A stretch of DNA of 64,000 nucleotides from a virus (lineage: Duplodnaviria; Heunggongvirae; Uroviricota; Caudoviricetes), in the IMG/VR virus record IMGVR_UViG_3300045996_002451, positions 147,172 through 211,171 of that record; one strand, given 5' to 3'. Both the position numbers and the translations under genes were made by a program. The first letter of the stretch is position 1. Each line of letters opens with the position of its first letter. The notes beneath the pieces were generated by a model. That model searched no databases. It saw only the letters and a program-made list of their open reading frames with translations, and was not told the origin of the DNA. This document shows, piece by piece, positions 1-7,287 of the stretch.

Positions 1-14
1 ACTACTACGCGGCG

Positions 15-1502
15 ATGACCCTCAAAGACCACATCAAAGACATGTACCAGGGGCCTCTCATCATCCAGGGGTCCGGATGGATCAAACCGTACGACCTGTG
101 CCAGGTTCAAGATCTGGTGTCCGGGCTGAACGGACCGTGTGAGGTAAAAGAAGTCATCCACACCATGAGTGTGGAGAGCGGGTTCATCACCGAGGTGACG
201 CCGGACGCGTGTGTGACCTTTATGGACTTCGACGGGCAGGAGATCTACGGCTGGAGCCAGATGATGGCGCTGCAGCTCATGACCAACCTGACCGGTCTCA
301 CCTTGATGGGGCTGGTGGCCCGGCACACCTCGAACCGCATAGCGGTAAAGGGAGTGCGCTTGCTGCGTGACTGGCTGAAGCACGAACTGAAGCACACCAC
401 CGACAGCGCCCTCCTCAATACGATCGGGCGCAAAGAGGCCGAACGGTTACTCCAGTCGATCAACGACGACATCAACCGCACCAGTGGCCGCGGCATCAGC
501 ATCAACGTGCTGCAGCCCGGTAAGGCCACGCCGCTGCGCGAGATGCCGGGTCGCGTCGCCAACAACGTACGTTACTTGAATAACCTGATCCGTCGCGGAG
601 GCTCCGGCAACTACGACAAGATCAACACGCTGCTGACCGAGCTGGTAGATGAGCAAGGGCTGTACCACTCTGTCTTCGCCAAGGCGCCGATGCCGATTCG
701 GAGTGTGGTGTCCACAACGCATGGCCTGCGCCGGATGATCGGGTTCAGCCGGGAAAGCAGCGCCAAGGTCATGGAGAAGGGACGCGAGCTGACTGCCCTC
801 GGACTGGATAAGATCGCGGAGGGCTCTGCCGCCGCCATCGCCAAGTTCCGGGAGCAAGAAGACGCGGCGAGAAAGACCCTGCAAGCCCTGGATCGGCGCA
901 CGGTCAAAGGCCAACGCGTCTACCAACTGCTCCAGCTTAAGAAGAAAGATCTGGAAGCACTGGGAGATGAGGCGGTAAACCTGGTGAAGGAGCATAAGGC
1001 CGCACAGCGGCTGCTGACCCTTTCCCGCGCCGGAATCAAGGGTGCCGAGCAACTGGTCGTCACCTCCGGCAACGCGGTCCGGATGGGTCCCCACGCCCTC
1101 CAGTGGTTGGCGACTTCGGCAGGCTCCCTCGTAGGTAAAGCCGTGGTGATGTCCGTGATCACCGGTCTTACCGACGGCCTGGCCCAGATGATCTTGCGCT
1201 GGGCGATCTCCCGGCAATGTCTGGTGATGTGGCCGCTCAAGGTGCGCGAGACGATCCTGGAAGCCGGGATCAACGGACACCGGGGAGCTGTGGTCGGCGA
1301 CGCGCAGAGCCAGTTCGACGAACTGATTTCCAAGGCGCTGAACCTGGGGAACGAGCACTGGTGGGCAGGCTTCATCCCGATGGTCAGCAACCTCGCCGAA
1401 GGGCAAGTACGCTACGATCACAGCGATCTGAAGCACAAACTTTACGGCGATCTCCGCGAGCTGGAGAACCCTGATCTGGCGACGGATGGCCTGGAACACT
1501 AG
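15..1502 (+). CDS. Tail/baseplate-associated structural protein. The reading frame is open back to the window edge, so it may be the C-terminal part of a larger tail protein.
   Basis: 495-aa ORF with no in-frame stop between position 3 and the ATG at 15. It sits directly upstream of the lysin and baseplate genes. No recognisable catalytic motifs. Confidence 0.4.
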   Translation: MTLKDHIKDMYQGPLIIQGSGWIKPYDLCQVQDLVSGLNGPCEVKEVIHTMSVESGFITEVTPDACVTFMDFDGQEIYGWSQMMALQLMTNLTGLTLMGLVARHTSNRIAVKGVRLLRDWLKHELKHTTDSALLNTIGRKEAERLLQSINDDINRTSGRGISINVLQPGKATPLREMPGRVANNVRYLNNLIRRGGSGNYDKINTLLTELVDEQGLYHSVFAKAPMPIRSVVSTTHGLRRMIGFSRESSAKVMEKGRELTALGLDKIAEGSAAAIAKFREQEDAARKTLQALDRRTVKGQRVYQLLQLKKKDLEALGDEAVNLVKEHKAAQRLLTLSRAGIKGAEQLVVTSGNAVRMGPHALQWLATSAGSLVGKAVVMSVITGLTDGLAQMILRWAISRQCLVMWPLKVRETILEAGINGHRGAVVGDAQSQFDELISKALNLGNEHWWAGFIPMVSNLAEGQVRYDHSDLKHKLYGDLRELENPDLATDGLEH

Positions 1503-1519
1503 GTCCATCCGTGCCCGAC

Positions 1520-1528
1520 GGGTAACAT
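1520..1528 (+). promoter_or_regulatory. Motif C (GGGTAACAT).
   Basis: CGGGTAACATTCC, 30 nt upstream of the lysin ATG and 12 nt 5' of a motif A variant. Confidence 0.35.
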
Positions 1529-1540
1529 TCCTTACGTCCT

Positions 1541-1554
1541 GTTACACGGGTACC
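1541..1554. promoter_or_regulatory. Motif A variant (GTTACACGGGTACC).
   Basis: One-arm mismatch. 4 nt upstream of the lysin ATG. Confidence 0.4.
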
Positions 1555-1558
1555 CGAT

Positions 1559-2164
1559 ATGTTTGACTTCTTGCGGGCGCTCCGACGCGAACAGTTGCAG
1601 ACGAGTGTCGAACCTTTTTCGCGGGTGGTAGAACGCCTGGCGATGCTGAACCCGCAAGCCGCGGAGTTTCAGCCGACGTCGATCGACACCGGTACCAGCG
1701 AGACTGGTGCTACGTTTGACTCCACGGTAAATATCGGGGGTCCGGTTCCCACTCCGAGTGAGGGAACGGTCCAGATCGCCAGCGTACCGGGAGTCGAAGT
1801 AGTTTCGTGGATGAACGCGAAACAGCGGGTGGTGGACGCGGTGCTTTGGAGTGACGTCCAACGTATGGCCAAGGATCTAGGCTTTGGGATCCGGGTCATC
1901 AGCGGCTGGCGACCCCCGGGGAAAATGGGTCAGCGCGGACTGCACGTGCACAACAAAGCGCTGGACATTCAACCGGCAGGGCCTCGACAGGGATCGGCAC
2001 TGTTCAAGTCGCAAGGTGACCAGATGGCGACCTGGCTACAGCACCGCTCAGGCAGAGGCTACGTCCTGAACAAAACCAGCTACACCGGCAGCTCCTACTA
2101 CAGCATCTTGTGGTGGGTAGCAGATCATTACGATCACCTGCACATTGGGGCGCCTGGAAAGTAG
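1559..2164 (+). CDS. Peptidase M15-like (DD/LD-peptidase, Hedgehog-type) cell-wall hydrolase, probably a tail-associated lysin.
   Basis: The motifs 'ISGWRPPGKMGQRGLHVHNKALDIQP' and 'DHLHIG' match the SxxR...H...G.A.D...H zinc-binding signature of M15 peptidases. The gene lies in the tail module. Confidence 0.6.
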   Translation: MFDFLRALRREQLQTSVEPFSRVVERLAMLNPQAAEFQPTSIDTGTSETGATFDSTVNIGGPVPTPSEGTVQIASVPGVEVVSWMNAKQRVVDAVLWSDVQRMAKDLGFGIRVISGWRPPGKMGQRGLHVHNKALDIQPAGPRQGSALFKSQGDQMATWLQHRSGRGYVLNKTSYTGSSYYSILWWVADHYDHLHIGAPGK

Positions 2165-2175
2165 CAAGGACTAAG

Positions 2176-2742
2176 ATGTCACGGTACGAAGATTTGATGA
2201 CCGGGATCGCGCAGCGTGTCCTGAGTGAAGGCGCGCCGATCCCGAATGTCCAGGGCTACATCCCGAAAGACGGGATCAGCGAAAAAGATTGGACCTGCAC
2301 CGTACGGTATCCCAACCCGAAAGGTGGAATGGAAGCCGGACAGATTGCGGGGGGTGGCAGTTACCTGGAGTCGCAAGGGATCTCCCTCCCGCGCGCGCCA
2401 GGCGGCACCATTGAGGGTGTTCGGCAAAAGGTCAAGGAGCACGACTGCGCGGTACTCCTCGGCTTTCAAGGCAACGACATCGGCAAGCCGCACATCATCC
2501 AGTTGCTGGACATCACGCACGGCGTGGATGGTAAGCAGCAACAAAATACCGCGGAGCGGAGCAACCCCACGGCGGACCAGGCCAAGACTGCGGCCACTCC
2601 GGCAATGGCGGCACCCATTATGGGACCGCCGATCCCCCCGAATCTCGCCAGTAAGTACCCGCCTTCTCCGAGCGCTCAGGCCCACGTCCGCAGTGAGGCC
2701 AAACAGTTCAAAGAGTGGTTCAAGAAAGCGCAAGGTAAATGA
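2176..2742 (+). CDS. Hypothetical baseplate-module protein.
   Basis: ATG at 2176 preceded by AAGGAC. Position is between the lysin and the gp25-like gene. No confident family assignment. Confidence 0.4.
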   Translation: MSRYEDLMTGIAQRVLSEGAPIPNVQGYIPKDGISEKDWTCTVRYPNPKGGMEAGQIAGGGSYLESQGISLPRAPGGTIEGVRQKVKEHDCAVLLGFQGNDIGKPHIIQLLDITHGVDGKQQQNTAERSNPTADQAKTAATPAMAAPIMGPPIPPNLASKYPPSPSAQAHVRSEAKQFKEWFKKAQGK

Positions 2743-3365
2743 TGGGACTGGGAAAATCTTTCCGCGAGCTGATCCTGCGCGTCAAAGGCGAGACCCCGCA
2801 GAAGCGGGCAGAGGCGAAGAACTATCCCTCCGGGTACGAAGTAGGGCTGCGCCATCCGGATACCAGCGCCCACGTGCTGCTGGGCGATAACGGGATGGTG
2901 GACCTCAAAGCCAGCGCCGCACGCCTTCTACTCCAGAAGAGTAACGGCACGGCGTTCCTGGAAGGCTCGGCAGTCTCCTTGACCGGTAAGGACATCCACC
3001 TGCACGCCGATCGACTCTGGGTCCACGGCTGGCAGCAGTTCGATCCCCTCGGCATGTGGCACAGTCCAGTCGCGCCGCCTCCCGGAGACCTGACCTGGAC
3101 GTGGCGCTTTGCGCCCCTGGTCGGCAACAGCGCGGAGTTACTGGCTGCGCTGCTCTCGATGCCGTTTGTGGTGGGTGACCCGGCACAACCGCAGTACACG
3201 CGGCCCGGTCCGGGAGGCCCGGCGCACCCGCCCGGCTCCGGTCAGCACACCGCTTACCTGAGTTCGATGCTTCATCCTCAACCCCTTTTCGGACCCAACC
3301 GGCAGATGGAGATGCTCTTCAAGCATCTGGCGGCGTTGACCAAGGAACTGTCCCATGGCGAGTGA
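2739..3365 (+). CDS. Hypothetical baseplate-module protein, possibly a spike or hub component.
   Basis: ATGA stop/start overlap with the upstream gene. Sits in the position of gpV-like genes in Mu/P2-type baseplate operons. Sequence similarity is weak. Confidence 0.35.
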   Translation: MMGLGKSFRELILRVKGETPQKRAEAKNYPSGYEVGLRHPDTSAHVLLGDNGMVDLKASAARLLLQKSNGTAFLEGSAVSLTGKDIHLHADRLWVHGWQQFDPLGMWHSPVAPPPGDLTWTWRFAPLVGNSAELLAALLSMPFVVGDPAQPQYTRPGPGGPAHPPGSGQHTAYLSSMLHPQPLFGPNRQMEMLFKHLAALTKELSHGE

Positions 3366-3753
3366 ACTGGTGGACCTGTTTAGTGACGATCAGGGCGAGA
3401 TCTTTGTCGGCCACAACGGTGACCTGCAGATCGCCCGCGATGACGAAGTGCTGGTGCAGGAAGTCGTGATGCGTCTGAAGACCACGAAAGGGGACTGGCA
3501 GCTTGTCCCTGAGTGCGGGGCCGACCTGGAGCTGTTGATCGGTGAGCCGCAACTGCCCCAGACCGGGGCCATGATGGAGAACCAGATCTCCGAAGCCCTG
3601 ACCAACGACGGCTTCTTCAGCGGTCGGCTGGTCCGGGTCAAAGCGGTACCCATCAACTGGCAGCAACTAAAGGGTATCGTTGAACTGGAAGGCATCGACA
3701 GTGACTTTGGGGTAGCGATGGACCTCGACCTCAAAGAGGGTGTCTTGGGGTAG
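3355..3753 (+). CDS. Baseplate wedge protein, gp25 / GPW family.
   Basis: 'KGDWQLVPECGADLELLIGE' matches the conserved RxGxxxxxPEFGxxL core of T4 gp25 / Mu gp46. Size is 132 aa. It overlaps the upstream gene. Confidence 0.65.
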   Translation: MASELVDLFSDDQGEIFVGHNGDLQIARDDEVLVQEVVMRLKTTKGDWQLVPECGADLELLIGEPQLPQTGAMMENQISEALTNDGFFSGRLVRVKAVPINWQQLKGIVELEGIDSDFGVAMDLDLKEGVLG

Positions 3754-3754
3754 T

Positions 3755-3770
3755 GTAGGACGCGTCATAC
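3755..3770. promoter_or_regulatory. Motif B near-palindrome (GTAGGACGCGTCATAC).
   Basis: Between the gp25-like gene and the glycosyltransferase gene. Confidence 0.45.
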
Positions 3771-3783
3771 ATGGAGCGAGCGG

Positions 3784-4974
3784 GTGTTGTTAAAGTTTGA
3801 TCAGCCTTACCGGGACCTGCGCGTCCTGGGTCTCATTGCCGACATGGCTGCCTGCGGTTACTACCGCATGGAGTATCCGTTTGAGTTCTTACGCCGGGGT
3901 GGGGCCAAGGCCGACACCACCGGTGCCGTCAATCTCCCCCTGCTGCAGGAGTACGACATCATTGTGGTCCAGCGCAGCTACAGCCCGGAACTGTTCGGGA
4001 TGCTGCAAGAGGCCCGGCGCTTCGGTAAGACCGTCCTGTACGAGGTAGACGATTACCTGCACGGCGTGCACCCGCACAGTCCGGCCTACAAGACGTTCCG
4101 ACCCAACGGGATAAACGTGCACTGGGTCGATCAATGGCTGAAGGGATCAGCAGGTCTCCTGACCAGCACTCCGGAGCTGGCGGGCGCCTACGGGCCGCTG
4201 GTGCCGCGTACGTGGGTGCTGCCGAACAACCTCGACTTCGGGATCCGCAACTGGGATCGACCGGCCAGTCGAGATCCGCGGCTGGAAGGCAAGCTGGTGA
4301 TCGGGTGGGCCGGATCCTCGTTTCACCCGGACGACATGTTGCCGCTTCAAGGAAGCCTGAAGAAGGTTCTGGAAAAGTATGGATCGCGGGTGGTGTTTGC
4401 CATCGCCTCCGGTCCGGCGCAGGTACGGCAGTTCCTGCAGCCGCTGAACCTTCCGTCCGAGCAGGTTGTCATCCTGGACCCCGTCCACTTCTGGGACTAC
4501 CCCCAACTCCTTTCCCAGTTTGATATCGGACTTGCCCCGCTTTCCAATACACTCTTCAACCGGTGCAAGTCCGAGCTGAAGCTGCTGGAATACGGCGCTT
4601 GGGGTATCCCGTATGTAGCCTCCAAGGTTGCGCCGTATAACCGCTTCCATCTGGCTAGCGGCGGACACGGAGGTTACCTGGCGACCAACACCCAGGAATG
4701 GGAAGCCGCGCTGGGTGCCCTCGTAGAGGATCCCAACAACTGGGGTGACCGGCACCTGTTCATCAAGGACTACGTCCGGGATCAGCACGACCTGGCGAAA
4801 GCCGCCTACCTGTGGGCAGGTTCGCTGCGTCAAGCGCGCGATCTGGCGCAGTACCAACCCGAGTTACGGTTGACCCCTGCAACGGCGGGTGCGCGCACCC
4901 CCGGCAGGAATGATCGCTGTCCCTGCGAAAGTGGGAACAAGTACAAGAAATGTTGTAGTCCAGCTTACGGATAG
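3784..4974 (+). CDS. GT-B-fold glycosyltransferase (GT4-like) with a C-terminal SEC-C zinc-binding motif.
   Basis: 'ELKLLEYGAWGIPYVAS' is an E-x7-E-type GT4 motif. The C-terminus 'CPCESGNKYKKCC' matches the SecA C-terminal metal-binding (SEC-C) motif. GTG start. Confidence 0.65.
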   Translation: MLLKFDQPYRDLRVLGLIADMAACGYYRMEYPFEFLRRGGAKADTTGAVNLPLLQEYDIIVVQRSYSPELFGMLQEARRFGKTVLYEVDDYLHGVHPHSPAYKTFRPNGINVHWVDQWLKGSAGLLTSTPELAGAYGPLVPRTWVLPNNLDFGIRNWDRPASRDPRLEGKLVIGWAGSSFHPDDMLPLQGSLKKVLEKYGSRVVFAIASGPAQVRQFLQPLNLPSEQVVILDPVHFWDYPQLLSQFDIGLAPLSNTLFNRCKSELKLLEYGAWGIPYVASKVAPYNRFHLASGGHGGYLATNTQEWEAALGALVEDPNNWGDRHLFIKDYVRDQHDLAKAAYLWAGSLRQARDLAQYQPELRLTPATAGARTPGRNDRCPCESGNKYKKCCSPAYG

Positions 4975-4982
4975 GAGTTGTC

Positions 4983-5543
4983 ATGAACCGCAGAAAGTTT
5001 TTTACCGGCCTGGGGTTAGCAGGTACTGGCTCACTCTTACCACCCATCGAGGAGCATCCCTCGGAACTGGTCCGGATCGACCAACCATACTTCGACCAGG
5101 ACGGTCGGGAACAGCTCCCGCTGTACTCTACCTGGAGACTGAGCGCGTTGGCTGTTGCCACCTTGGTCAAAGAAAACGGTCAGGTGGTCGGAAAACTGCA
5201 GGAGATCCAGATCAACTGTTACCGGAAAGTCGAACGCCTTAAGTTCAAAGGTGAAGTTGTTTACCGGTACGGTCCCCGGATCTATCAAGGTGTGTTGACG
5301 CCCTCCACGTTTTCTCCGTGGAGTTGGAACAGCACGCTGCAGCACGAAGTTCTCCACCTAGAAGTCAAAGCGTTGGCAACTAAAAAGTTAGAACGCCCAG
5401 ACTTCCAGATGCGCAATCTACGCATCGAAAGCTCAGATCTCATTAAGTACATGGTCTTTGAAGCTGAGGGTGTCGGTCTTAACTCGCTCAGCGCCTACTG
5501 GCAATACAACCAGTACGTGGACATCGACGGACCTCGTTTTTAA
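4983..5543 (+). CDS. Hypothetical protein with a twin-arginine (Tat)-like signal peptide.
   Basis: The N-terminus 'MNRRKFFTGLGLAGTGSLL' has the RRxFF Tat consensus followed by a hydrophobic h-region. Confidence 0.5.
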   Translation: MNRRKFFTGLGLAGTGSLLPPIEEHPSELVRIDQPYFDQDGREQLPLYSTWRLSALAVATLVKENGQVVGKLQEIQINCYRKVERLKFKGEVVYRYGPRIYQGVLTPSTFSPWSWNSTLQHEVLHLEVKALATKKLERPDFQMRNLRIESSDLIKYMVFEAEGVGLNSLSAYWQYNQYVDIDGPRF

Positions 5544-5548
5544 CTCAT

Positions 5549-5572
5549 GGGGTGTTACACGTGTAACACCCC
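5549..5572. promoter_or_regulatory. 24-bp perfect palindrome GGGGTGTTACACGTGTAACACCCC, the symmetric form of motif A.
   Basis: Intergenic, between the Tat-signal gene and baseplate J. Confidence 0.5.
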
Positions 5573-5584
5573 AACCTTACCACC

Positions 5585-6685
5585 ATGCTTATCCCTCCTA
5601 CCCAAGAAGAACTCTTCGCGCGTTTCCGCAGCGCCATGGAAGCCGTCGGTCTGACGCACTGGAGCCAGGGTAGCCGCATCGGTGCCATGGGTCGAGTGCA
5701 GGCCGCATACGTAGAAGAACTGTGGCAAAGTTTAGCCCAGACCGAAAGTAATCTGAACCCCTCTACCGCCCGCGGTCTGTACCTGGATCGTATGGGTAAC
5801 CAGTTCGGGGTCAAGCGGCTCGGCGCCTTAACGGCGGGCACGCTCGGCCAAGGACCTTCGGTGCAGTTCACCAACAACGGGGGAACACAGCTCACCGTAC
5901 CAGGAGGCACGCGTGTCTGGAGCACCCAGTCTCCGGAACTCGCCTTCTTCACCGTGCAAGATCTGACCTTGAGCGGGGGCGCACAGGGGTTCGTGGACGT
6001 GATGGCGGGAGCGGCAGGCGACCTGCACAACGTCGGTGCCAACACCCTGAACGCCCACAACGCCGGGATGAATCAGCTTACGGTCGTGAACGTGCGCCCG
6101 ATTGGTGGGGGCACCTTGCCGGAGAGCGACGCCAGCTACCGGTTCCGCATCAGCCAGGCGATGATGTCTCGCAGCGGTCAGACTTCGATCGCTTTGCAGC
6201 AGGCACTGCTCAAGTTGCCGGGCGTGCGGGAAGTCCTGATTCGTTCGGGAGCGCGGGGCAGCGGTACGCTGGACGTGATCCTGGTGCCGATCGACCGGGT
6301 GCCCTCCCAGGCTTTGTTGAGCGCGGCAGAGCAAGAAGTTGACCTGAACGTTGCCGCGGGGATCTCCTGGCGACTACTCACCCCGATCGTACGCCGCGTG
6401 GACCTCGACATCCAGCTTCAGATGAAGAGCGGGACAACCGTAGCCAGCGTCAAGGCGGCTGTAGACGGAGCGGCCCGTGCCTACATGGATAACCTCCGCG
6501 TAGATGACGGACTGGGCGGCAGCACCTTGATCTACAACGAGTTGATCTCCCGGATCATGGATGCGCACATCGATATCCTGGACGTCTCGGTTTCCCTCAG
6601 CCTGGACGGAGAGCGGACCTTGCAGACCAACATCCCCACCCGCGCGGGTGAGCGGTTGGTGTCCGGGTCTATCGGGATCAACTAA
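5585..6685 (+). CDS. Baseplate J-like protein (Mu gp47 / P2 gpJ family).
   Basis: 366 aa. Gene order is gp25-like ... J-like ... fibre genes. Composition is typical of Baseplate_J proteins. The call rests mainly on position and size. Confidence 0.5.
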   Translation: MLIPPTQEELFARFRSAMEAVGLTHWSQGSRIGAMGRVQAAYVEELWQSLAQTESNLNPSTARGLYLDRMGNQFGVKRLGALTAGTLGQGPSVQFTNNGGTQLTVPGGTRVWSTQSPELAFFTVQDLTLSGGAQGFVDVMAGAAGDLHNVGANTLNAHNAGMNQLTVVNVRPIGGGTLPESDASYRFRISQAMMSRSGQTSIALQQALLKLPGVREVLIRSGARGSGTLDVILVPIDRVPSQALLSAAEQEVDLNVAAGISWRLLTPIVRRVDLDIQLQMKSGTTVASVKAAVDGAARAYMDNLRVDDGLGGSTLIYNELISRIMDAHIDILDVSVSLSLDGERTLQTNIPTRAGERLVSGSIGIN

Positions 6686-7275
6686 TGCGTACGTTGTCGG
6701 AAGTGCTGGCAGATCCCGCGACCGTCACACGACTGGAAGCGGTCTGCCGAAAGCACCTCACCCATTTTCCAGAAGACCCCCGCAGTAGCTGTCTGTTCAT
6801 GTCCGCAGCCCTCCGGGAAAGCGGCACGAACGTCTCCCTCTTGTACCGGACCGACTACCTGGTTGCGGCTTTACGGCAGCAGGGTTGGGTGCAGATTCAT
6901 CCGGGTGAACTCGGAGACGTGTATGTACGTGGAGAGCAGGTAGGCCTGGTAGACCTGCAGACGGATCTGGAGGATCCTACGCTGCAGTGCTTCCGACTGC
7001 TCTCAGCACCTCTGCCGGAAAAGCCTTCCGGGGGTCCGGGCACCGAGTTGAAAAAGCGGTTGAGCCAGCTAGGTATTCACGTCACCCCTAACTGCTCGTG
7101 TAATCGTCGTGCTGCCTTGATGGATCAGAAAGGTCCGGACTGGTGTACGGAAAACCTGGACCTGATCGTGACGTGGTTGGGTGAAGAGGCGGCTCGCCGC
7201 CATCTCCTATTTGTTCCTTCTATCGCCAAGCTGTTGGTAAAACAGGCGATCCGCGCGAGTCGTCAGGCGCGTTAA
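6685..7275 (+). CDS. Hypothetical baseplate/tail protein, in the gpI-like position.
   Basis: ATGA overlap with the J-like gene. 196 aa. Immediately precedes the fibre genes. Confidence 0.4.
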   Translation: MRTLSEVLADPATVTRLEAVCRKHLTHFPEDPRSSCLFMSAALRESGTNVSLLYRTDYLVAALRQQGWVQIHPGELGDVYVRGEQVGLVDLQTDLEDPTLQCFRLLSAPLPEKPSGGPGTELKKRLSQLGIHVTPNCSCNRRAALMDQKGPDWCTENLDLIVTWLGEEAARRHLLFVPSIAKLLVKQAIRASRQAR

Positions 7276-7287
7276 CCAGCCCTTATT

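Noticed and set aside
447-1508. 353-aa - strand ORF antisense to the first structural gene.
   Set aside because: It is fully embedded and antisense within a longer + ORF. It has a high Arg/Gly/Pro/Ala composition typical of GC-driven shadow ORFs. There is no RBS, and it is discordant with the strand polarity of the whole arm.
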